DNA of 63,299 bases, filler included, from Reticulomyxa filosa (taxonomy: Eukaryota > Protista > Foraminifera), in the NCBI GenBank assembly GCA_000512085.1. It is 14 parts of 14 records of this genome, joined end to end, with 100 filler letters (N's around TTAATTAATTAA, not from the genome) between each part and the next. Parts side by side here need not be neighbours in the genome. Positions count along the whole stretch, not along the records: positions 37,633 to 38,674 come from ASPP01008477.1; positions 38,775 to 46,228 come from ASPP01003819.1; positions 46,329 to 47,431 come from ASPP01012805.1; positions 47,532 to 48,629 come from ASPP01018045.1; positions 48,730 to 53,926 come from ASPP01026652.1; 9 more parts are not named here. One strand, written 5' to 3'. The number at the start of each line of letters is the position of its first letter. Position 1 is the stretch's first letter. The notes beneath the pieces are model-generated. The model worked only from the letters and a program-made list of their open reading frames with translations. It made no database searches and was not told where the DNA came from. A program made the translations under genes and the position numbers. This document shows, piece after piece, positions 38,501-50,907 of the stretch.

Positions 38501-38539
38501 GACGTGTGTCTCTGTCTGGTTTGTGAAAAGTAGTGCTGA

Positions 38540-38554
38540 TGATAAGTATTATCA
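38540..38554. promoter_or_regulatory. Fur box upstream of the imelysin gene
   Basis: TGATAAG-T-ATTATCA has one mismatch to the 7-1-7 Fur consensus TGATAAT-N-ATTATCA and lies 40 nt upstream of the ATG. Confidence 0.8.
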
Positions 38555-38847
38555 TTTGATGCGTCAATGCGTGTGCCATGCGCGTATTTCATGGAGTGGC
38601 GGCTTTTCTGCTGGCGGGTGCTGGGTGAAGCGTGGTCTTCGTGGTATCCTTGCGCCCCTTTTTGCGCAGTAACGNNNNNNNNNNNNNNNNNNNNNNNNNN
38701 NNNNNNNNNNNNNNNNNNTTAATTAATTAANNNNNNNNNNNNNNNNNNNNNNNNNNNNNNNNNNNNNNNNNNNNTTTTTTTTTTTTTTTTTGGCATTGTT
38801 GTTATGATTTCTTTTGCTATGTTTGATAAACAATGTTCTCATAAAGG

Positions 38848-39551
38848 AGGAACTACCAGCGCAGTTGCCTCGGAAAAAAACGCACGTTGATGAAGTGAAA
38901 GATCAGTTTGAAACGGATTCAGACGTGAATTCCAAAAAACTTGAAAAAAAGCGTGTTTCGTACGCGTTGGAAGATGTGCAAGTGAAAGTTAGAGCCTCTG
39001 CATTTGAAGAAAAAAGCAAAGAGCCTACGATAAAAGAAGAACCAACCAGTCCAAAACGAGCTAAACCAGCTGGTAACGTGGCTGCTCGTGTGGCTGGACT
39101 CAATATTGATCCCACTAAGCTTAAACAAGGAGCCTATGATGCAGCAAAAATGAAAAAAAAAGAAGAACAAAAAGTGCAAGCCTCAGGTTCTGCTGAGGAT
39201 ATAATGGCCACACCAGCTGCAGATCTAAACACTGATGCGGTGTTGAATAAGGGCACTGTCAAATCCAAAAGGCGTCCTCGCACCCGAAAAGAAGTAGGTG
39301 TCAATGAAAATCCAGATTATGGCCCTGTTAATCAAAAAATATACACATACCTTCTTTTTTACATTCTTTGCACTAAAATATTCTTAATTGTTAACACAAT
39401 GTTCGTGTTTGTCACATGTATGCAGGGAGCTGAAGAAGTGTCACCACGCAGGTATACCGCTGTGTCACCTCAAGAAGCCCAGAAAGGAGGAGAGGCTGGC
39501 AAGCCTGAAGAAGCTCAACAAGAGCGCACATCATGTTGTATCATAATGTAA
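38848..39551 (+). CDS. C-terminal part of a prenylated protein with a CAP-ZIP/CPI-like motif
   Basis: Ends TSCCIIM* (CaaX = CIIM). Contains VAGLNIDPTKLKQG and LNKGTVKSKRRPRTR, with an intron at about 39327-39425. Confidence 0.65.
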
Positions 39552-39942
39552 AGTGATTTGCTTGTTATGAGTTTGTTTAACTTGTTCTATGAATGGAGAT
39601 GGGACTTCATATTCCAATAATCACTCCACGAAAAGAAAAAGTAATACGTCTTCTGCAACTTTTGTTTTTTTAAAAAAAGATTTTCCAGTCTCATTTTGTT
39701 AACTTTTGTATATGGATGCTGCTTAGTCGTATCCAAGGTCGCAGAAAAACGAAGCAATACAAATACGCAAGTAATTGCATCAAATTTTTTTTGGAAGAGT
39801 TTTTTTTTGGATAGTACATTAATATGCGCAAAAATGTGAAAATGGAAAAGAATCAATAGTTGCGGAAAAATCTACAATGAGTCAGTAAAAAGTGAAAACA
39901 TTAATAAAATCAGATTCAAAGTCAAGCCAATGATTATTTACT

Positions 39943-42598
39943 TTAGAAAACGCAAAAGTGAGTACATATTTTGTAATTGGACCAATCAGATTTCCACTTC
40001 GGCCATGAACCAATTAACCTGAAATAATTTTTCTTAGTTTTTGTGGTTATCTCAATTACCACTTTTTTTCCACGCGCACTGTCACGCGCCCGATGTGAGC
40101 TGTGACTTCGACGATAACGAGTTCTTGATCGTGATCTCGCTTTTTTGTCGTAATTTTGACCATGTTTATATTTGTCGTTCTTATGACCTCGTTTTCTGTC
40201 TCTCACTTTTTGTCTTTCCGTTCTGTCGCCTTTAAAGGATCTCGAATAAGAGCGAGAGCTGGAACGGGAACGACGGGAGCGAGAATAACGAGAGCGAGAA
40301 CGAGACTGAGACTGAGATCGTGAATGAGATCTTTTTTTCTCACGACGAGATCGGGATCGCTGATAATTTTCTCGGGATTGAGAAGAGTCTCCAGATTTTT
40401 CTCTACTGTATCCTCTTGCCCTATGAAATTATTGTCATATTATCTCTGTATGCACCCACTTATATAGCACTACCCTTTTTGCTCTTTCTCATCATCTCAA
40501 AGAAAAAATAAAAAAAGAAAGTTCTTATTTGACAGAACTTGGTATTATTAGAAGCATCGGATCGGCGATGGGAGTCATTATCAACACTGTTCTGCGTCGA
40601 CGGATTTTGGTCCTGAAAAGGATTAGAGCTGTGAACTTGTGGAGCCGCATTTGATTCATTGTGGTTTTTGAGATTGGTCTGAAGCGCACCTGGAGTAAGG
40701 ACTAGCGGACCAGGTTTGGTTATGAAGAAATCTGCTTGAACAGGCAAGATATTCTGTGATCCTGAAGATTGTTGTAACGGTTGGACGTCCGTTGCTTTGG
40801 AGTCTGTGATATCAACATTGGAGTCACTTGGTGAAGGAGAAGTTTCTGGAGTCTGTACAACCACGGGCTTGGAATTGGCCTGTCTACTGAATTCATAATC
40901 CAGTTCATTGTATTCCATGGGCATCACTGAAGGTCTTGGATGAGAGGAGGACGAAGCAGTCGCAATTGGATTTTGTCCAATAAAATTTTGTTCATTGTAA
41001 GCATTGTTACTACTATTGTGACTATGAGGAGGTAAACTGCCATTATTATTATTACTATTATTATTATTATTATTATTATTATTGTTATTAGCAGTAGTAT
41101 TCGTGATAGCATTATAATCACTATGGTGCACATTGAAAGAGAGCGAATTGGCAAAGTCATGTGTAACTATTTTTACGGAAGGAAGATGGGAATCAATGGG
41201 CCCTTTTCCGATTTGAGGCTGATTCAAAGCGACATTGTGAATATCAGCTTGAGTGGATTGCACTGGAGCATCAGGTGCAGCTGGCTTTGATTTTAAATGA
41301 TCGTGCAACATATCATGGCGATAATCAATCCAATGGTCATCAGGCTCTTCCCATTGCACGGTCTTGGTGCTGACCTCCCAAAAGTAATAACAATAAGGGC
41401 CACTGTTTTCCATACTGCGTTTGTCCAAAATTTCTTTGTAATTGCCTTTTTTCACAGCCACGCGCAGCCATGTAGGTTTGCCGTTGTATGCTATCCCTTT
41501 TTTATTACTTTGCTTTAATAAAGAAGGATCACCTTCGTTAAGCTGCGGATTTTGACACTCTCGCATTGGAGCTTTCGTATTGTTTTTTTCCTCCGCTGTT
41601 TCTTTTTTCGATGGATTCAAATGATGCGCAGGGCTTAGATTTGCCAAATTAATTAGCGCTTTGTCACTTCCATTCGCCTTGTCCATCGATGTATTGTTGT
41701 TCCAATCCGCACTTTTTACTACATTTTGTGACTCCCTATTTTGTAGGAGTGGCTCTCCTTTTCGTATATTTCTCCCGGTACTGGCTCCTTCTCTCAGATC
41801 CGTAGGGGAAATGGAATGATTGCCTTTTCCCTGCGGACTCCGACTTCGGTTTCGACGACTCCGATTTCGACTTCGACTCCGACTCCGACTTCGACTTTGA
41901 CTCCGACTATTACTTTGATTTGCCATTTGAATTGGATTGAGCTGGCCCAATGATAACAACGATAACGACGGCAACGACGGCGATTTGTTGCTGAAATTTA
42001 ACAACGACGGCAACTTGTGGCCAAAATTGGTTGGCTGCTTTGGGCCAGAATGCACGGCATACGTGTCTTCATTGATACGTGCCCGTGCAGATTGCTCCTC
42101 TTTTGATCGTATTTCCATTCCCACTCGTGGCGCTTCCAAAGTGGTGCGTCGGATGGTATTACTTAGAGGAGGAAGAGGAGGGGGAGGAGGAGGAGGTGCA
42201 TGTGCCGCTTCCATCGGGACATGTTTCAACCGGTCAAACATTACGGTATTGATTTGAATTAGCACGTCATCTACTGATTTGTTGTTATTTCCGGCCACTC
42301 TCACTTGCAACGAGGGCGTGCCATCCTTGCATACACACCCGTTACACGCACATACACATATATGCAAAATAGAAATAAACACTTTCATTGTTATTGGTGA
42401 TGATTGATTGGCATGAATGAAACAAAACTTGACAGTTTGAATCAAAGCAATAGTTACGGAATATTTGAGTTCCAAATCTTTTTTTCTTGCATTGTGCTCA
42501 CCAAACACAACCTTTTCCCAATCCACATCTAAAAACACTTGGCAAGGTACTGGTGTTTCTTTCACAATTCTTGAAAGCAATGTCCACACACACACACA

Positions 42599-42642
<44 letters not shown>

Positions 42643-45600
42643 AAGTGTAGTAATAAGAAGGGGAGAGAAGAAATTGCATTTAGAAACTTTTTGTTGTCAG
42701 CACAGTCAAGTGTTTTGGACGGAAGTGAATTGGATTTTCCACCGTTTGAAGATTGGCCAGTTTGCTGCCTTTCCAGTGAGTGGTCCAAAGGTGGCTTGGG
42801 AGCATTGGACGACATTTCTTGTCAAAAAAAAAAAAAAAACAAGTTTTGCATTTAAAAAAAACACACACATACACAAAACAAATAAACAAACAAAACCAGA
42901 AGAAATAGGTGAATGCGAATAAAGGAGCGCATTTTTGACAGTGTCAATTTTTGCTCGCAAGGACTGATCTGCAATGACATAATCACGAGTAGAGATGGAG
43001 GAGAGGAAATGGACCAACCTGTCCTTTGTGGCTGACATACGGAATGCATCACAGGATACGGATTTATACAGCAACTCTATAATCGCACAAATGGCTTTCA
43101 AGTGCCAGCGGGCATCATTACCATGAGCACTACTATGTTTGCTATTTTCATTAGTGCCATTGACCGTCCGATTCGTTATCAGCCTATCGTTCATTTCCAG
43201 CCATTGGAGCAATGTCTCATCACCTTGATAGTCTCGAAGAAACAGCGGGATTATTTCCATACAAATGTGAGCTCCACGATTCAAAAAAAATTTCTTCAAA
43301 AAAGATATTTGGTCTTTGCTTGTATTTTGACACTTGGCTTTGCCACCAATCGTTGTCAACACTGCCTTGGCCATTGCCAAAGATTTCGAATCGGAACACT
43401 TATCCCCATCACCTATATTGCCCTTTGCATTTGATTCTTTTACAATGCCAGTCTCTTCGGCTTTTTTTTTGTGTTTTCTTCCATTTTCTCTTCTTTTTTT
43501 TCATTCTCTCGATCAGTCTTCTCTTTCAAAATGCCTACGGGTGTACATTTTGCATAAAATCATATCGAATTTTTTTTTCTTTTCCCTTCACAATTTGTCC
43601 AAGAATATAATGTTTGTGTGAAATCATTTGATTTTGTGTGTATATATATCTATGTATGTGTGTATGCTGTATAATTTGACCTGACACTGATTGCATTTCA
43701 ACATCTTTCTCGATTTCACTTTCGCCGTTTTGATTCTTTGATTTTACTTGCATTTTTGTCTTTGTCATATCCTTCGCTGTGTTGTTCCTGTTTTCACACA
43801 GATCCTTGTCGTAACGTTTTAATGGAACAAATATGCCCTCTGTTGAAAACAAACAGTAAACAAACCCTATTTCTTTCAAATGACCCTTGTAATGTGTTTC
43901 AACAGCATTGATTTTCAGCTTTGTCCATCGCTTTGTGTTATGAGAGTCCATCATGCAGGTCAGATCCTGAAACAGCACAACACAAAAACAATATAATCGC
44001 TTTCACAAAAATAAAACAGGAAAAGATTGACAATAATCACAAAGACAAAACTTTGCAATGATAATGAGCTTCTCCATGTCTTATACAAGTAGCACCAACA
44101 GAACATATACTATTGGACGGGACCGTTTCAAATTGATTCCAATCGATGTCATATTTTTTTTCCATTTTGTCTGGCTTTTTTTTCTTCATTGCCAACATCT
44201 TGCTTTCCAGTTTGGATTTTGAACTCGTCACATTTTTAAGTTTTTCAGGAGGGCGTATTTCAAAACCTCCTTGCTTACACGTCGGTCCACTTTTTCCACT
44301 TAGATGCACTTTTTTTTTCGAAATATTTGACAAAAATCACATGCATGTTCAGTTTTGTATTTCCTTCTCTCTTTCAATACAAAAAACAACATACATGTCC
44401 TTGACGTTGGCAATTTGGGATATTCATTTGCCATGTTTGAACCTGTTTTAAATGTATTTATTCATTCATTTATTTGTTTATTTGTTTGAATTGGACGTGG
44501 AAAGATTATTTTATTTCAAAGTGTTGAACGTAACAAATTGGACATTTCCAGGCAACAGAATTTCTCTTGAGCGGTTTATCTTGGGTTGGCTTTTCAAGAA
44601 AGCCGATTTGAATTAAGCACTCAATATGGCATATTTGCGGGCACTTGTCTTGGACACATTGCACAATCTGATACGATCCGCTGTAAATTTGTGACTGGCA
44701 ATACATGCATCGGTTTCTAATAACACTTAGCCCTATTTTTACAAATTTTTTTTTTTTTTGTGATATAAAAAATTTGCAAAAATTGTGCAAATTTGAAAAC
44801 AACAATGTTGATAGGCATTTTGTACCGGTACAACTAGGACAAAACCACTTTTGCTCGGACGGCGGCACTTCTGACAAAGGTGGATCCAAGCAGTAAATGT
44901 GAGCGCCGTTTTGGCACTTTTCTTCAACATTGTCACATAACAAAAATTTGGGCTCATCCGATATTTCTGCACATCCCAAGCACGATATCTCATCCATATT
45001 GTGGATCACATGGGCCATGTTGCTTGTCATCTCCACTTCACGAGTTGCTTTGCTTTTGTTGGCGCCGTTCAAATCATTGTCCCATTCATTGCACGTTACA
45101 TCACTAGCTTCGTCGTTGATATCATCACTGTACCAACACAAACAAAAAATTCTAATTTGTCATTTTGTGACTTGCTTTGATTTGATTGAATTTGATTTGA
45201 TTTGATTTGATTTGGCTAAAACAAAACTGTTCGTAATTTTGCCTCCAAATTTCAATAAATGCAGCTGGCGATGGTTGTTCCAATCGATGTTCATTGCAAG
45301 CGGACCACACAAATCGAAGTGTTTGATATGTGGTGGTATCGTTCAAAGGCATCGACAAATTCTGATTCATACACATACATATAAATAAATACACAATTCA
45401 AAATCAAAACAAACAAAACAAAAAAATAGCTGAAGCAAACATCACGCACATACACACACACACGCACAAAAATCAACTTGCAATTTGCGTATAGCCTCTT
45501 GAAATGCTGTGCATTGCGATTCGGCCAGACCAATTTTACTTTTGAGGAGGGAAGGTGTCCTTGCCAGCTCAGCTGCGTTCAAACCATCAATCGCAAGAGA

Positions 45601-45970
45601 ATGCAATTTTGTTGCCACATCCGACAGGTTTTCGGTATGGGCAAGAAAATTAAACAATTCATTAGCTCCCCACTCTGTGTATTTCTGTTGCATTTTTTAA
45701 AAATGTGTTTGAATTACCTTGTAATTTTTCAAACAACATACATTGTTGAAATTATATATTTTCCTCTTTCGCTCCGATTCACTGTCAACTTTTGTGTTGC
45801 AAAAAAAAAAAAAGTTAGGTTACCTGCAAGAAGCACACCTCCAAACGAAAGTTTCCTTTGCAAACGCAAGTAACGTGGCAATGCCGTGTGCATATCTGAC
45901 ACGAAACCTGCACACCTTTGTCTTGATGACACACGACGCAGGCCTCTTCAAACACCCTTTTCGACAAAAA
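39943..45970 (-). CDS. Large multi-exon chromatin/RNA-processing protein: PHD, SAM, PHD-PHD, C/H zinc finger, helical domain, KH-like, RS, WW, RS tail
   Basis: CVVC..C..C...H..C..WRCASC; EWGANELFNFL..IDG (SAM); CLGC..FLLCD..C..GAHIYCLDPPL..WFCPSC; HYHC; YYFWEVSTKTVQWEEP (WW); SRSRSRS tracts. That this is a single gene is inferred. Confidence 0.7.
41042..41089 (-). repeat. (AAT)n coding microsatellite, poly-Asn
   Basis: The ATT run encodes NNNNNNNNNNNSNNNN. A similar tract lies at 50852-50907 in the USP gene. Confidence 0.9.
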
Positions 45971-46182
45971 GCAACAAGCAATGGCATTACATGAGAAGCA
46001 AAACACAAAGTAGTGAATCGCCTTATCTTCCCTCTCTCTCTCCTCTTTGAAAATGTTATCAACATCACACAAGTCAAACAGAACAAACAATGTTTTGGAA
46101 ATATCAGCAATCAGATCATTATTGCTATCATAAGAAACTACTGTCCCACCACTCCAAAAGCAGCAAGATAAGTGAACGCATT

Positions 46183-46228
<46 letters not shown>

Positions 46229-46328
46229 NNNNNNNNNNNNNNNNNNNNNNNNNNNNNNNNNNNNNNNNNNNNTTAATTAATTAANNNNNNNNNNNNNNNN
46301 NNNNNNNNNNNNNNNNNNNNNNNNNNNN

Positions 46329-47293
46329 CTGCTCGGCGCCACGGCGCTTTTTCTCTGTGCGGCATCCGCGATTTTTCCTGCGGCTGCACAGGATTGGCCG
46401 GCCCGGCCCATCACCATCGTCATGGGGTTCCCGCCGGGCTCGGGCACCGACGTCGTGGCGCGCATCCTGCAGCCGCTACTCGACAAGTCGCTCGGCCAGC
46501 GCATCGTGATCGACTACAAGGCCGGTGCCGGTGGCAATGTGGCGTCCGAGTTCGTGGCGAAAGCCAAGCCTGACGGCTACACCTTCCTGCTGGGGACGGC
46601 AGGGACGCACGGCATCAATGCCGCCCTCTACAGCAAGCTTCCCTTCGAGGTCGAAAAGGACTTCACGCCGATCTCGACCCTGGTCGACGTCTCGAACGTG
46701 CTGGCGATCAATCCCAAGGCGATCGACGCCAAGGACGTGAAGGACTTCATCGCCAAGGTGAAGGCCGCCCCGGCAAGTACAACTACGCCTCGACCGGCAA
46801 CGGCGCCGGCACGCATCTGGCCTTCGCCGAGTTCACGGCCAAGGCCGGCCTCGACATGGTGCATGTGCCGTACAAGGGTTCCCCCGACGCCATCCAGTCG
46901 GTGCTGAACGGCGACACCTGCTGCATCTTCGCCCAGGTGCAGATCGCGATGCCGCAGGCGGCGGCGGGCAAGATGAAGCTGCTGGGCGTCTCGACCAGTA
47001 AGCGCGTGCCGGCCATCCCGGACGTACCGACGATCGACGAGGCGGGCCTGCCCGGCTTCGAGAGCTACACCTGGTTCGGTCTCTTCGGTCCGAAAGGTCT
47101 CGATCCCGCGATCGCACAGAAGATGAATCTGGCGGTCAAGGCCGCGCTGGCCGACCCCGATGTCCAGAAGAAGCTGGTCGAACTCGGCAACACGCCGCGC
47201 TATGAAACGATCGACCAGTTTCAGGCGACGGTGAAGCGTGATCGCGCCCGGTGGGCCGAGGTCGTGAAAACAGTGGGCGCCAAGGTCGAGTGA
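46329..47293 (+). CDS. Bacterial Bug/TctC tripartite tricarboxylate transporter substrate-binding protein (5'-truncated; one frameshift at about 46770)
   Basis: QDWPARPITIVMGFPPGSGTD, AGAGGN, KPDGYTFL, HVPYKG, PDVPTIDEAGLPG. High GC. Confidence 0.93.
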
Positions 47294-47318
47294 CCGGAGT
47301 GATCTGGAGGGGCGTACG

Positions 47319-47431
47319 ATGAAGAAGATGTTCTCGGCGATGGCGATCGGGGTGGCGATGCTCCTTCCGGCGGGCCAGGCCATGGCAGGCAAGGATCTCG
47401 ATGCCGTAAAGGCGCGCGGCCAGCTCATCTG
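47319..47431 (+). CDS. Amino-acid ABC transporter substrate-binding protein (AapJ/BztA-like), N-terminus only
   Basis: GGAGG RBS at 47306-47310, then MKKMFSAMAIGVAMLLPAGQAMAGKDLDAVKARGQLI. Confidence 0.75.
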
Positions 47432-48308
47432 NNNNNNNNNNNNNNNNNNNNNNNNNNNNNNNNNNNNNNNNNNNNTTAATTAATTAANNNNNNNNNNNNN
47501 NNNNNNNNNNNNNNNNNNNNNNNNNNNNNNNATTTTCAATACAGGTTCAATTTATATGAACTCTTTCGAAATTTTAAAAATCATTTAAAAAATTATTTTT
47601 GATCAGTCTGGGACGATAGTCAAACAGATTGCAAGCACATGGGTGAAATTTTCGGTGAAAAAATATTGATTTGGTACATAGTTGGACTGCAATCAGTTTT
47701 AAATGAGCCATAATGACCTTAAATAAGTATGACTGAGAATTTGCTTATAATGAAATTGTATTGAAAATTATACAAATTCACAAATATATTTGAGTAATCC
47801 CAATGTTCATCTTTCCAAAATGCCACTTGTTAATGATTATTAATTGCTCACCGGATTGAATCTATTGTTTTTAAATTATTTTTCTAAATAATGTTTTTGT
47901 TATTTACGTGCTCAAGTGATGTAAAAGAATATAAAATATGATATAATTCAGGATATTTGCTTTGCATACAGCCACAACTTAGAGAGAGTTATTTTAAGAT
48001 GAACTATTCCTGAGATATTAAAGGATTCTTTATCTGATTTCATTTTTAAATTATGATCAGTCATATCTTACTTCATGAAAAAATGTTGTTTTTGATAATG
48101 CACACTGTTGTCCTTTTTGTTTTAAATCTTTTGATTGTTCAATACTGTACAAAAACAATAGCAAATAGACATAAAAAAAATCAATTTCAAACAATTAGTA
48201 GCGATTTGAAATGAAGAAAACACAATACTTGAAACAAGTTTACTTTTCTTTTAATCAAACTTTTCAAACAAAAACACTTTTATTTATTATTGGACAATAA
48301 GTAAATTA

Positions 48309-48629
48309 TCACCAAATACGAACAGGACCTTTGTTTGAACCATAACACAAATTCAAATAATACACAACATTCGTTGTCTTCTCTTTCTTTTTCAACATAA
48401 TAAACTTAAGACAACATATTCCATTATCTTCTTCCTTTCCTTTGATGATATACAATTCATTCTTATTTGATCGAATATCCCAAAAACGAATTGTATTATC
48501 AATTGATCCAGAACATATCACATTTGAGTTATCAATACTATTCTTTATTACAAATGGTGAATATTCGACAGCATACACCCAATGATTATGTCCATTGAAC
48601 ACTTGGATTTGTTGACCAGATCGAATATC
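48309..48629 (-). CDS. C-terminal fragment of an expanded-family WD40 protein
   Basis: FNGHNHWVYAVEYSP...ICSGSIDNTIRFWDIRS...LCYGSNKGPVRIW. Confidence 0.85.
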   Translation of the reverse strand, partial: DIRSGQQIQVFNGHNHWVYAVEYSPFVIKNSIDNSNVICSGSIDNTIRFWDIRSNKNELYIIKGKEEDNGICCLKFIMLKKKEKTTNVVYYLNLCYGSNKGPVRIW

Positions 48630-48729
48630 NNNNNNNNNNNNNNNNNNNNNNNNNNNNNNNNNNNNNNNNNNNNTTAATTAATTAANNNNNNNNNNNNNNN
48701 NNNNNNNNNNNNNNNNNNNNNNNNNNNNN

Positions 48730-50849
48730 AAAAATTGTGTGTGTTGGGTACTCGTTTTATTGCAGGCAAAAGCAAAAAGCATGCATTAAAAAAAAAAAAA
48801 AAGAGGAGAAGGGTCGTCAAAACAAACAAACAAATAACAGCAAAACTGATTGGATCACATTTTTTGTTGACTGCGTTGGATGGACATTGAGTACAGGTCG
48901 TAAAGTTGAGTGTCGAGAAATCAAGCTCTGTCATTTTGACGTAACTCTTTTTGACTTCGGGCTCTATCTTTTGCGGAGTGGCAGACGGTGGTTTTTTGTC
49001 GTCGTATGTGGATGACTGTTTTTCACTCTTTGGCGAAATGCTATCTCGCGGCGAGGTGGTCAAGGGCTTAGCAGTGGACGATGTCGAATTGGTAGGTGAA
49101 GGCTCCTTTGCGGCGTGTTCGACATTTGAAATTGGATCCACATCTTTGCGCTCTTTTTTTTTGAGTGACTTCAAGTTGCCAATATTTCGTATGTAAAGAT
49201 TCAACTCTTTTTGCGAGACGAATGTCGCGGTAGTGGAGGAGCGAACCAAAATGGAGAGCACTTGGATGAGTTCCGATGTTCGAGGAGGCAATATCCGTTT
49301 GAACTGCTTTTGAGACTGATTGGTCTTGGGGTCGGTCAAATGAACGATACAACGATTGAAGTGCAAATGAAACCAATCGTTTTGATAAAAGGCGATAATG
49401 GCTCGAATGGCACCCATTCGCACCATCAATTGGCGCTCCTCCCATCCCAATTGCGTGATGCCTTTCAGCAACAAAAAGAAGGATTGATACTCGCGATGAT
49501 AGCTGGTCGCCAATGCCAAGAAACGGAGCATTTGAGTAATGAATCGAGCACAGCAATATTCATCAGCATTCAATGTTGCAACAGATATGGACTGACCATT
49601 CAAAGGCCAGTCACAAATATTTTTCGTTGCCACATTTGCATCTTTACTTTCGTTTTCATGTTTATTTTCATTTTCATGTTTGTCTTCACTTATATCTTTA
49701 TTTTTATTTTTATTGCATTTGCATTTGCATTTATTACTTTGTCTTCTTTTTCCATTAATGCTACAAACTGCATGTAGTTGTGACATTCATATGATCTTTG
49801 CATCAGCAATACGCCCAACAGCAGGTCGACGAATGCCAATCGTATTGCCTCGCTTTTGGAGCGGAACAAAATGTTGACGAACCACTGCGTTTGCGTAGAT
49901 ACTTTGAACAGCAGCCAACGTCGTCCCGCCTGCGACAAGAAATACAGTCGATACATCATTCGCATCCATTGTGGATACGAGGCATTGTCTTTGCTTCGAA
50001 CCAACACTTCAAATACAAACAGCGTGACGAGTTGGATCGTGCGTAGCACTTCATCTTCGGAGGGCCTCACTTCATTCAATCTTTTCTTCCGTGAAGAAGA
50101 TATTACTTTCCTCAATTGACTTGCACTTGCATTTATATTTATATTTGCATTTGCATTTGCATTTACATTTGCATTTACATTTACAATTACATTTACATTT
50201 GCATTTACATTTGCATCTATTCCACACCTCTTACATGTCGACTGCGCAATGTTCCATACAAAAGTCCAATAGTCAAAGTCAAACACATTTCGAAGGTAAA
50301 AAAGTCGACGTGCTGTTGACATATTGTCGCTTGGAGTGGCTCTGCCAATTGCAATGACGCCACGCCGGCGTTTTCATCCTTGCCTTGCGCTTTCTGGTGC
50401 TCGGCGCAACGGGGCCAATCGCCATCCCATTGTCGTCGATATACCAACATATACGCGTTGTGGGGTTTCTCCATCTCTTTGGACAGCTTCTGTTCCTTAT
50501 TTTCTGGATCTTCTATCGATACCACATGAACGCCACCAAAAGTTTCTGCGTCGATACTATTTAGTTAATTTATCAATGAATGTAAATTTGATTAAATGTG
50601 ATAAAACAAACAAATACACGAAACTTCTTTTCATCAAATGGTTGCACGTCGGTATCATTGAACTCCCACCACTGGCCATCAGACGACTGTCCAAAGGAAT
50701 AGTAATGTCCACTATTCGCCCCGCCGGTGTGAACGATGATACCAACCAAGCGATAGCGATAGTATTCCGGAGGATGCGAGATATCGTAATGGTTTGCAGC
50801 TTCAGCTTCTTCTTTTTTTTCTTCTTTCAAATGACCATGATGATAATGA

Positions 50850-50907
<58 letters not shown>

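Noticed and set aside
37688-38533. Long antisense ORFs (281 aa here, 266 aa at 46628-47428, 255 aa at 50324-51091, 222 aa at 6783-7451)
   Set aside because: These are shadow ORFs opposite well-supported genes and have no motifs of their own.
42585-42640. (TA)n/(CA)n runs as regulatory or structural elements
   Set aside because: They are ordinary intronic microsatellites that recur throughout and often cause contig breaks.
46760-46780. TctC frameshift as a pseudogene or programmed frameshift
   Set aside because: It falls at a C-run (GCCGCCCCGGC) and the rest is intact, so a homopolymer sequencing error is likely.
37633-47431. Bacterial genes as horizontal transfers into the protist
   Set aside because: Each is a whole separate contig with no host flank or intron, so contamination or associated bacteria is the simpler explanation.
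49700-50310. Two frameshifts in the USP gene as recoding
   Set aside because: Both coincide with A/T homopolymer or microsatellite runs, as do those in the ADK, which is consistent with sequencing error.
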